The notes under the pieces are model-generated. The model was not told the DNA's origin. It worked only from the letters and a program-made list of their open reading frames with translations, and searched no databases. A DNA stretch of 64,000 bases from Eukaryota sp. GEM-RC1. Its lineage: Eukaryota. The stretch is from positions 2,232,001 to 2,296,000 of the forward strand of contig JAUFOQ010000003.1 in the NCBI GenBank assembly GCA_040285855.1, given 5' to 3'. This document shows positions 49,775 to 61,217 of the stretch, piece by piece (the stretch's first letter is position 1; each line of letters starts with the position of its first letter). Made by a program: the position numbers and the translations under genes.

Positions 49775-50965
49775 ATGTCTATATATCTTTTTAAACATCC
49801 TCTGTGTAAAGGTGGCGTACGGTGGGAAAAATCCACTTCTATTCCCAAAGAACATCGTCCTAAACTAGTTGAAGTTTCGTCAGTTCGTGACACTCTAGTC
49901 AAGGTTCTAGCTGATCGAGCCCCTGCACCCACTATTGTACGGACGATCGAGGCATATCTTCCCTTTCTCTATGGTGTCATTTCTGTTCCAAATCTCGCTA
50001 CAACTCGTCATTTAAGCATTTCTTGGTCCTCATGCGTAACCTCCAAACAACGCCTTTGCCCAATGCAAAACGTCTTCTTTGAGGCTGTGTCGGTACACTA
50101 CCTCTATGCTTACGCCACTTCAATTCTTGCTCACGTCAGTCTCCTAGAGTCTCACAAAGACGGTCTCTTCTCCACAGCCATCCCCGGTGCCATTAAACAT
50201 TTACTCAAGTCTGCCTCCATCTTAACCTTCACCAAGGCTAATCTGCTGCCCTATGTCGTTATGTTGCCTGCCCAGCGTCCAGTTGAGCTTCTCCCTGCCT
50301 TCAATGACGCCATGGTTTCCTTGTTCTTGGCTCAGGCACAGTCGTTGATTGTAGTGAAAGCAGAAGAAAGTGGAAAGATGCCGTCGTTGATTGCTAAACT
50401 TTCCTTATCTGTATATGACCGTTCTAATGCAGCTTTACTCTATTTAAAGAGTTTGCTTGCAGACTACCATGAGTTGGCATCTGACTTCCTAATTCATATC
50501 GAGGAATTGGGAAATCTATTTAAAATCAAAGCTTTCAGATACCTGGCAAAGTCTTTGTATGACGATCGTGAGTGTGGTAAAGCAGTTGCCCTTTTAAGAG
50601 CTTGTAGAGATCATTTTGATTCGATTGCTGTTGCTGAAACTGGAAGGTCTGTTTATTGGTCTGAAATTGTAAAGTTGGAACGAAAAGATGTTAAACGGAC
50701 TTTGTCTCAGTATGAAACTGACTTAAACATTGTTTTTTTCCAAAGTGTGCCACCATTGGAGCATATTCCTATCCCTGAAAGCCTACATATCGCTGAAGTC
50801 GGACAATGGAGTCCCCCCGAAAAGGCTTTTTCTTTCGGAGAAGAACAACAACCTCAAGGAGATGGCGAACCATTGGGAATGCAAGGGATGGATGATGTTG
50901 AGAAGGACGGTGAGAAGAAGGAAGAGGAGGAAGTCAAGGGTGAAGATGACTCAAAAGATGAATAG
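49775..50965 (+). CDS. BRO1-domain protein (BROX-like)
   Basis: IEAYLPFL, SISWS, FFEA, L.SA...F, LAQAQ, CGKAVALL, N..VFFQSVP. Stand-alone BRO1 domain with an acidic tail. Confidence 0.8.
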   Translation: MSIYLFKHPLCKGGVRWEKSTSIPKEHRPKLVEVSSVRDTLVKVLADRAPAPTIVRTIEAYLPFLYGVISVPNLATTRHLSISWSSCVTSKQRLCPMQNVFFEAVSVHYLYAYATSILAHVSLLESHKDGLFSTAIPGAIKHLLKSASILTFTKANLLPYVVMLPAQRPVELLPAFNDAMVSLFLAQAQSLIVVKAEESGKMPSLIAKLSLSVYDRSNAALLYLKSLLADYHELASDFLIHIEELGNLFKIKAFRYLAKSLYDDRECGKAVALLRACRDHFDSIAVAETGRSVYWSEIVKLERKDVKRTLSQYETDLNIVFFQSVPPLEHIPIPESLHIAEVGQWSPPEKAFSFGEEQQPQGDGEPLGMQGMDDVEKDGEKKEEEEVKGEDDSKDE

Positions 50966-51151
50966 TAAAAGGTTTTAGTTGTTTGTAAATATTTTTTTGG
51001 TTTCTATATATAAATTTATTATCGAGTATACCACATTTTTTAAATTTAACTGTTTTGGACGTACATGTTTCCAAGTAAATAAAATGCTGCACCATGTACT
51101 AATGCAAACAACTTTAAAAGCTATAAAAACTTATGTTTCTATATGCTGGTA

Positions 51152-51208
51152 CAGTCTACCCGGATATAGTGCGCTCATTTTGGTACGCACTATAACCATG
51201 GTAGACTG
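51152..51208. mobile_element. 57-bp TA-flanked hairpin micro-element (TIR CAGTCTACC)
   Basis: TA|cagtctacc cggatatagtgcg...cgcactataaccat ggtagactg|TA. Confidence 0.7.
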
Positions 51209-51321
51209 TAATACAGTATGTATGAACCATTGTAAAAACTATTCTTTAAATAAATCAATATAAATTCAAAAAAAACTAAAACTAAAACTAAAAGAGATCA
51301 TGAGTCTGATCATCCAAATAT

Positions 51322-54300
51322 TTAAATATTTGATCTCTTTGATGACGGTTCGTCAACGTACCGCAAAGATATTCTACTACGATTGCTGCGCTCATCAACA
51401 GAACGTCTTTTTCTAGAATCTTTTTTCCTTTCATTTCGTATTCTCTTCTCCTTTGCATACTCAGCAGGATCATTAATGGCAAGTCTAGCCTTTTCATTCA
51501 TTTTTTCTGATCGATGAGTTTCCCTTTGGAGTTTTACTTCTGACAAAACTGAAATAAAGGTATCAGTACCAACAGAATTTTTAACAATTTCAAAAACTTC
51601 GACTGCCAAATCTTTCACAGTGTCTGAAACTTGATAATTCTCAGAAACCATTTGAAGTGGTTCCAAGATAAAGAACAAGTTTGTAGAAAGTGCATCAGGG
51701 AAATTTGAAGCAACACCACCAATTAGTTTAATACAAATTTGGCGCAATCCATCGTTGGATTTGGGATTTCTAATGAATTTTGAAATTTTATCCATTGTAG
51801 CTCTCAATGCATTTCCAGAAGTACACTCGACTTCTTTGTTTTCAGAAATCGTTTCTGATTGTTCCAATTGATTGAACAAATTACTAATAAAATCAGGAAC
51901 TTCGTTTTTGATCTCTACTTCGAATTGATTGGTGTAAAAGGTCCATTGTTTTGATTCAGGGTCAACAGACAACTCAGGATTAAATACTAAGAAATGGCAA
52001 CAAAAAAGGAGAGTTTTCAGTAAGTTATCAGAGTGAGAACCATTGGCTGCTAATCCTGGTAAACTGGAAAGCAATCTACCAGTGATCAGCTTTAAAACAC
52101 CAGGGGTTGAAAGGAAGCAATCACGTGACTGATCACCACAATAGAGATCATCCTTTCTAAAACTGAAAATAAGGTTAAAGATCGAAGCTGTTGAGACTAG
52201 AATATCAGGACAATCAAAGAATCGGAGACACGTCAGCAGAAGATCGCCCAATTCAGAAAGTGCGGTCGATGATTGAATGTTGACAGGAAGTACGGTAAAG
52301 GCATTCATGTAATAGTTTAAGCAGTTCAAAACGATAGCAAAAACGGAAACTTGCCTGATTTGATAGCTTTTGATCGTCTCCTTCAATTCGTTAACATGAT
52401 CCTGATCAAAATCAGTTTCCATATGCTTTTGGAAACGTCTGAGCTCTTCCGTAAATCATCTTGATAGTTTCTGATTGTGACCCACAAAGAAAAGCCAGTA
52501 CCAACGGCATCTTTGAATAATTTAAAGATAATTGCAGAAAATTTGTCATAATGTTGATTCCATTTGCTAGAATTTTCTGTTGCCTGAGCTAAAATAGATA
52601 GACTTTGAGCACCAATAGTATGATAATCTAAAGCATTGGCAGCATCATTTGGAGTTAACAGCCATTGCTCAACAAAAGACACACAATTTTCAAATAATTC
52701 GGAATGATTTACTAAACGTGAACACAGCTTCAGCGCAACAGCTTTTAACATTTGCTCCAAAACAGTTTCTTTTTCTTTAGACATTTGTAACAAAAGTGAT
52801 AAGAAAAGTGAATGATAATGTGCGATAAGCTTCTCATCAGTAGAAGATTCAATAAACAAATTTAAAGTTTCAATAACAGCTTCACGGCCAGGTTGTAGGT
52901 CATAAGCCAAATTACCTAATAAGAATCCAATCAGTTTCCGATCACAATGAGGATCACGTGAGATAGCATCACTAGAAAGGAAACTTGCCAAAATTTCACC
53001 TGAGAGTTTGCGTGTTGTGTCAGATGATGAGGCCAGAATGTATTTGGAAATGAACTTCTCCATAATTTTAATCAATTCGGGATTATTATGTCCTTTTCTC
53101 ACCAAATTTTTAATAATGCTGAGTCCTGTATCACAATGGTCAGATTCAAACAACTTTGTTCTACAAAAGATCAACAATACAGTGACATCTTCATCTTTGT
53201 TAATTCTTGTGGTTTGCCGATCAAGCAATGCCTGTAAACATTTGGTAACAAGGGAATAAACAAAAGAGCCACCAGAAGAACCTCTTTTTAAAAAGAAGAA
53301 TAACGAGTCAGAAATTCGAGAACAAACTGTGGATTCGATAGGGACGTCTTTACGTCTTAGAACAATATTTAAAATTTTTAAAATTCTTTCAGTAATATCA
53401 TTAGTGGATTGTGGTGACTCCAATTGATCAATCAAATCAGGTAATAGTGATGTTAATTGAGGAATCATTTCTGATGGGATCTCCTTCTTCTTCATCAAAG
53501 AAAACAGTAAGGATACTCCAATCAAAGGTAACAGTGATTTTGACCGATCAGTATCTTGAGTGGTCTTTACAAAAGAAAAGTCTACAGACGGTGGTATTTT
53601 GAAGGTTGAAGCAAACGTAGGCTGGAGCACTGATGAACTAGAGAAAGGAGCATCCAGGCTCATATTTGATTGCTCTGATCGCGTGATCACTGACCTTCCG
53701 TCTTTAAATCCATAGAGTTTGTCAAATTTGACAACAGTGTGTAGAGATTTGGTCTGGAAGTCAGTCCAATGTAATAAAACATAAACAAAGGTTAAAACAT
53801 CTGCAGAATCAGCTGTTGGATTGGCTAAAAATCCATGAACAAAAGAATTTGCCAAATTTTCAATTTTTGATAGGTCTGAAAGAGTTGTAATAGCTAATGA
53901 GGCAGCCTTCAAAGCAGATACAATCAAAGTAGCATTGGGAGAAAAATTAATATTTTGAGCTAAAAGTCTTGCTGTTTCCTGGCTCAATTTGGCACCAGTT
54001 TCACGACATCTGTCAGCCAATTTCTTGACGTCCTTTTCTTCACCAACTCCTCCAATTACTTCTTCGAAAATGAGTTCTAAAAGATCTGGTAAAAGGATAT
54101 CACAACCAAAGTGAATCCAAGATTTGTCGGTGAGTGAATCATTGAGCCGCTTCAGGAGATAGTGACACGTGTAACCAGCTACATGACGGTCAATACCACG
54201 TGGAAGTCCGTTTTTGACAGTCGAGATAAATGAATCAAGATACTTTCCTTGAAGTTCTACGATGACGTCACCAAGTGCATTTCTGACTGTATCACGTGTT

Positions 54301-57300
54301 GTTTGCTCTTCATCACGTAACCCATCAACTAAAACATGAAGTAATCTTGGTAATTGAGAAAGAACGACCTTTTCGGGTAATTTCTTCAATAAACTAATGA
54401 ATATAATCGAGAGTGAAGCTCGTTGAACTCCTCGATTTCGACGACTAGTCTTCTTTTGAATAGTAACTTTGGACTTTGGTTTGAATCTAAGAAGTTTTAA
54501 AATTAAAGGTAAAACTTTGGATTTAAGGGTGGTGAATATCGAATTATTTAAAATTTCAATTTTACCTTCAGTAACTGAAAACAAGGATTCACGTGGCTTT
54601 TCCTTTGGTTTAGTACGTTTGATCTCTTCTTCATCATCAGAATCGGACTCTGATTCACTTGAACTGCAATCACTTTCCTCTTCTGATTCTGAATCAGGTA
54701 CAATTGCCTTCGGAGGTAGTTTAGTTTCAACGGAATAGATATCAAAATGCCATGATTGAACTAACGCACCAATCACCAGTATCAAATATTTTTCAAACAT
54801 TCTAGTCTCATGGTCTCGAAGTTTAAGTTTGAAAATTTTCGAAGGATTTGAAATTCCCCGTAATAATTTCAATAAAAGAGAATAATAATTTCTCCAAATA
54901 AGTTGACTTCCCACCGCTTTAACTACTTCAGAGATACCTTCAGCTACACCAGCTTCAGTTGTCCTTGAACACATGGCCAATAGAGATAGACAGAGTTTGA
55001 CAAAGACCAAGTTTAAAGTTGACTGGGACACTGTAGACTCTTCAATGATTTTGGCAATTCTTTTGAGAGCTCTAGTTCTTCGATGAGCCTGCACGTGACC
55101 AAGATTGAGTAGAGGACAAGATTCAGCTTCAGTAGAAGTGAAAATCGAAAGTTCTGAAAGTGATTGGGGAGCAGCTGGAGAGAAAATTAAAAATTTAAAA
55201 AGAGTTAGGAATTCCGACTTCGAAGCAAGATGTGATGAAATAGTATACCGACGAATTTGGGGAATAACCACCGAATTCAGAATATATTTAAACTGATCTG
55301 AGGAAGCATTGTCACAGACAAATGAAATTATTTCATGTAGAACTGCTGAGCTGGCATGACGTAATGGGAGGTCATCAACAAAGGCAAGAGTTCTAACAGA
55401 AGTGTAGAAAATTGGTAAGATATTAACCAATTGAGTAATATTGGTATTTTCGCAAATAGTTCGAGTGACTATTTGGCACGTGGAAGTTCGAAGATAAACG
55501 TCCTTATCACCAATGTCGGTAAAAGAATTTAAATTTTGAAGTAAATCAAATTCAACAAGTGGGTTCACAATTTTAAAAGATTCGTAAACAGACAACAAAG
55601 ATCGAATAGAATTTTGAGAAGTTAAAAACAAAAACAATTTTGGTAGAGAATACAAAAATTTCTCAGGAATTTCTACGCTCTTTTTAAAACAGTCAGAGAC
55701 AATTCCTAACAGAAGTGAAGCTAAATACTCAGTGGGACAATTAAAGAGCACATCAATCAAAGAGGTCAAAATCAAATCACAATCCTTTTGATTGGCATAG
55801 GGCATGAATTCCGACAGCACTTTAATATTATTAATGAAAGTTTTACCAGTCAGTCTGTTACGAGTACATTTAGAAGAAAACAAGAGCACAACTAGAGATT
55901 GTACAATTTCTCCAGAATATTCTGTAAGATATTCAATAGCGGCATCGGTTCGTAATTTACACAAATTATTTAAAATTTGGAGAGCAGGGGCAGAACTCTT
56001 GGCTAGTTTCATTGTAGTTCCACCAATTCTAGGTAAAAGTAGCACAAACCTAATAATTGATTTGTATGACAGCAGCTTGGAACCAAACAAAGAATCTTTA
56101 GAAAGAGTTACAATCAAACTAATAAATCCAGTCGGTAAAGAGCTCAATAAAGGAGCCAATGATGGGTCAACGTCATCCGTAATCAATGAAGGCAAATCAG
56201 GAATATAATGATTCGAAACTGCAGAGAAACATGAAAACCAGTGAGATAGCAGTGTGTTCAAATCTAAGGATGAAATTGATTCATTTTCTAAATATTTTTG
56301 ATAGAGCTGAAGGAAGACGCTTAGTGTAGTATCAGCTTGAATCCAAGAAGAAGATCTCAAAGACTGTCTGGACTTATAAATAGCAGAAAATTGCCCTTCA
56401 GTGTTTAAAAAAGTTGCATTGAGAATTGCCAATGATAAAATTGAAAAATCATTCAAATATTTGGAAAGAATGGCTTCCGAGGTGAGTGCAAACTTCGTTG
56501 ATTATATTGAGATATCCTTGGCAAACTGAAGGATGGATTTCATTAAAGATTTTGAGAGACGTAGTATTAAAGTCAAAAGAATCGTAATTGATTGGAAAAA
56601 CGCCAACCTTCCAAAAACGGAAAGATATTTGTTTAAAGAAGGGCTCAAGGTCTTCAGCAGTCAGCTGAGAGAGGAATGAAGTGATTGTTGATCTGAGTCT
56701 GTCAGGGGGGATCTTCTGACCGCCACTATTGATCCCTTCAAAAATCATTGATTGATGACGATTCTTTTGCAGTTTTCCAATCAGAATTGATAACAGACGA
56801 GGAACAACAAAAGGTTTGATAGAATCAGAAATAATTGGAGAATTAGCCGCCAAATTAAAATTTGTTAACTCACCACGGAAAGAAATCTCACTAATTAAGC
56901 GGAAAAAGTTCGTATTAAGGCCGAATATTGCCTTACGTTCTTCAGAAAATGAATAACAACAAATACAATTAAATGCCAGAAACTGAGCAGCTGAGTCTGA
57001 GAAAGAAAGGATAATATCGAAAACTTTTAATAATTCCACAGAAATTTGATTTTGAAAAGTCTTTGAAAGGCTAGGTTTTTGTTTGGCAATCACATCTAAA
57101 TTCGCCTGATTCTTTGATTGTGACCTGATTGCAAGTGATTTAACACTGCGACCGCCAATTGAAGAAAAACAGCGCAAATACCAGTACAAAAGCCTTGGTT
57201 GAAAAGAAAAGGAATGTTCAGCCTCAGAAAAAGATGATAAGAACTTATCAACAAGAAATTTAAAAAGACCAACATTTTGGAGAAGTTTTCCTCTAATCAT

Positions 57301-59702
57301 TGGACCAACATCTTCTACTAATTTAAAAATTTCAACTTTTAAATCATTTACTCCAGGAGGAGAATGACACGTGGACAGAAAAGTAGAAACAGTCGGAGGA
57401 ACAAAGAAAGTCGTTAGAAAAGATTCAAGACGAGAGGACACAAATGAATCTTCCATGAAGGTCACTTGATTGTCGTTGATGACGAGTTCGTCTTGATCAA
57501 TAAAATACTTTGCATACTTCAACACCTCCCCGTAAAACTTCTCCATTCTAAAAGCTGGTGCTAACAATGCTCTACAAGAAGTCCAAGTGGGAGCAAATGA
57601 ACAAGTAAGCAAAGAGAAAGTGAATGGGATTAATAGAGGAGCGATCTCAGCTGGTAGACCATCGTGAGATAAATGTGTGGCGATCTTGTCAAAATTAGCA
57701 GCGATTTCACGTTGACTCAAAGAGAAAATAGAGCTCAAAACGTCATGTAAATGATTGATAATGACCCTGGTTTCTTGACCTATCAACTCCGCACAAATAT
57801 CTTCAGGATCTGAATAAAGAAACAACGGGAGAGGGACAGAAGAAAACATTGAAAGCGTTGACTGTAAAAGGACTAGATCACGAGTAAAAAGGCAGTTGCT
57901 TAGTTTTTCAGTCAAAATAGTGAAAACTTCAGTGTTGTCTACAAGGTCATTGCTAGTTAGAGACAGCAATGTTGACAGAGTTTCAATGAAATGGACATTA
58001 GCTGGAAAAGTAGGAAACTTGTTAAAAATAAGGGAAACAAACGCTAATCTCGTGGATGGAATTTCAGAAGAATCAAAAAACAGCTGTACAACAGGACTGA
58101 ACGAGGCTATATATCTAGCAGCTAGATTAGAAACCTTAAACAACTCAACAGGATGACCTGAATCCGACAGTATACGGCTAACAAACTGAATAATAAGTGG
58201 TTCAATCAAAGGTACACGTAATTTAAGTGTTAATGCGATTAACACAACCAACGAAACGACGTAGTATGTGTCAAAAGTGAAAGAATCGCTAAGAAGGTCC
58301 GATTCTTGGACAACTGCATTTAAAAACTCACAGAAATTCAAATCCAGACTATAAATGAAATCGGCATCCTTTGCAATAGACGCGATAATCAGTAGAACTA
58401 ATTTAAAAACGTCTAAATTTAAATTGCATTTTAGAATTGCACCAACAATCAGTGGTTTCAGTAAAACTTGTTTTGACTTGGATCCGAAAACATTTAAATT
58501 ATCAATGAAAATTTGAAGACACTGTATCAGTACAGAATCAGAGTGAAACAAACAAGAAATAAAATCCAAGTCAATTGTAAAGGAAAAAGAATTAAAGATA
58601 TGAACCATTGTTAATAGGCAATCGGGGAGCATTTCTGAAAACTTTAATTGTTGAAGATTCTCAACTGAAGTGGTAATATAACTTACAATCTTTGTCAGAC
58701 ATTGTACAGCAACAGATGTATCAATTTTCTTAGAGCAACCAAAATTGGAGAGAACAGATTTAAAAAATTGCAGAAATTGATCAAATTCATGCTCAATCCC
58801 GTAGTAGTCGATAATAAACATTAACAAAGGCGTAACAGTATCAACAGTACCATGATCAATAATTGATTCAGCAAAAACTGGTAAACAAAAGAATAAATTC
58901 TTGAAAAACTAAAGACAATTCGAAGAATATCAAGGGAAAAGGTATGAAATTGAGTTGAAACTGCTGATATAAGTTCAAAAATGAACTGGCCAATTCCTTC
59001 AATCAAATTTGATGAGAAAGTGTCTAAATTCGAACAATACTGGAAGAATCCTGTTAAAATATCAAAACTACACTCCCCTTGAGACCTAAAAAACGCTGCT
59101 AAAGCTTGACCAAATAAGTTTCTTACGAAATCCATATGATGACCCAGGAACTCTACAAGAGAGGGAAAGAGTTGATCTAACAGTGGGTGTAGCTCTTTGC
59201 CGGCAACTTTAAACAGAATGGAAAGAGTCTTGAAAGTTGAGTTGATTCGTTGAGGATGCAAGGTACACTTTCCCTCAGTTACAGCGATGGGAGACAGTAG
59301 GGAGGACTGGATGGTGGTGAAGTTGAGGGCAATTGAGGAAGGTAGATCACGTGCTAGAGCAATCAGGACCCCCAGAAAAGGATCAGCAGTCACAAGATCG
59401 TTGGAGGAAAGGTGCATGGTTAAAGAGGAGATGATAGTGTCAAAACTATCTGTAAGAGAGTCAATGCTATCGGAAAGAGGAAAGACTAAGGAGTGGAATT
59501 CAGTGAATTGACTTGTGGAATCTAGGTCAGACCATTTGATAAGTGCTTGCTTCGTATGGGTTTTGTGAAAGGACGATAATATTGACGTTCCCAAGAGTGA
59601 ATCGGACGAAGATGATGAAGACTTATAGGCTCCAGAAACCCGGAGGGACTGAACATAGTCAGTGAAAGACTGATAGTGAAACCTTTGTGCGGTTTCAGTC
59701 AT
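51322..59702 (-). CDS. UTP20: SSU processome component Utp20 (three frameshifts)
   Basis: RFHYQSF...V..L; HVQAHRRTRAL; RD..R..L; RG...HVAGYT.H.LL; NLAY....GRE.V.E.L; DP..YA..K.....RK...RKRR. Confidence 0.9.
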
Positions 59703-59818
59703 GTATATTTTGAACCAAAGATGAGTTGAGAGAAAAGTTCTGAATTCTCTGTTACCACTTCCAGGTCTTTCGGCTCAACTTACTAGCTATTACCTTTACC
59801 GATTAAACTTACTCTATT

Positions 59819-61027
59819 ATGTCACAGGATGCACAGGAATTTCTGGACATTACTCATCTCCGTCGCAAACTCTCCTCAATGGAGAATAGGGTCTCCGAAC
59901 TGGAACAACTTAATCGTCAACTGGAAGATGATCTAAGTAGCATAACCAACTCTGAAACAATGCGACTATCTTATGTGGAACAAGCTCTCTCAGAAACAAA
60001 ATACTCGCTAGATCAAGAACAAAATCTCACAAAAGCCCTACAAGAGAAGATCAGAAACAATGAACAACAAAACGACTCCAATGTCACTACTCTCAAAGAA
60101 CAACTCGGTGATGCTCAAGATCAACTTTATAATAAGAACTTACTTATAGAACAACTGCAGAAGCAACTGGCGCAAGCTGAAGAAGAAGTCAATTTGACAA
60201 GGAAAGCTTTTGATGTTCAAAAGAAAGAAATTAAAGCACTTAGATGTCGAAACAACACACTCATGGATAAAACTCTGGACTTTTCATTTGATTCCAAAGA
60301 AAATGTGCATTCTCATCACGTGCAATCAAGTCGTGATCAGGAATCCGTTGATGAGAGTCGGGAGAATTCTCAAGAAATCCAAGAGACTAAGATTCTGTTG
60401 CAGAAAATCGAGGAATTAGATCAAACTAGAATGAAGTTAAGACGGGATCTCAGTATTCAAAAGTCTTTAGAGGTTGATTATGTTGACAAAATTAACAAAT
60501 TATCTAAAAATTTAAAAAGTCTTGAAGACAAACAGGTTGTTTCTTACTCCCATCTACAAACTTCAGTTCCGCAAGCTTCCCTCGACGAATCCATAGCCAG
60601 GAATCATGAATTAGACGAACAAAATTCTTCAATGACTGAAGAAATTTCCAGACTGAAAGACGAAAACAAAAATTTAAAAAAACATTTGGAAAATGCTCGA
60701 AATGATTGGCTTAATGCTTCTGATGAGTTAGATAAGCTCAAATCACGTTTTGGTGGTTCTTCCGTTTTTATTTGTGATTTGATTGAACAATCTCGAGAGG
60801 AGGGTAAAATCAAATGGGAAGTTATGGATTACAATCAAAGTCAAGTTAATTATGTATTGGAAAGTCTAATGTCTAAGGTCTCTCTGGTACCGGGAATTCT
60901 TGCAAATTCTGAACAAAAGAGTCCAAAATCAGTCCAAAATTCCGAAAAGAAATCAAAATCGGTTGGTCCGATAAGCTGTTCTCCTTTTAAAAATCGATTT
61001 AGTTTTAGAAATATGAGTTTATTGTGA
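59819..61027 (+). CDS. Coiled-coil protein of unknown function
   Basis: 402-codon ORF with a long heptad pattern rich in E/Q/K/L. Confidence 0.75.
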   Translation: MSQDAQEFLDITHLRRKLSSMENRVSELEQLNRQLEDDLSSITNSETMRLSYVEQALSETKYSLDQEQNLTKALQEKIRNNEQQNDSNVTTLKEQLGDAQDQLYNKNLLIEQLQKQLAQAEEEVNLTRKAFDVQKKEIKALRCRNNTLMDKTLDFSFDSKENVHSHHVQSSRDQESVDESRENSQEIQETKILLQKIEELDQTRMKLRRDLSIQKSLEVDYVDKINKLSKNLKSLEDKQVVSYSHLQTSVPQASLDESIARNHELDEQNSSMTEEISRLKDENKNLKKHLENARNDWLNASDELDKLKSRFGGSSVFICDLIEQSREEGKIKWEVMDYNQSQVNYVLESLMSKVSLVPGILANSEQKSPKSVQNSEKKSKSVGPISCSPFKNRFSFRNMSLL

Positions 61028-61217
61028 TTTCTTTGTTTTACTGTACAGGTTACCTTCTCAGTATGATCCTATTTTGACAAACCTCCCTTTATGACCAAAT
61101 TTTCAGTCTGACTTTTTTGTCACATTTGTATATTAATGTATAGAAATTCAATTATTTATCTTGTGTACAATATGTTTTCAATAAAATTTACAATACATCA
61201 TACAAAAACTAAAATTT

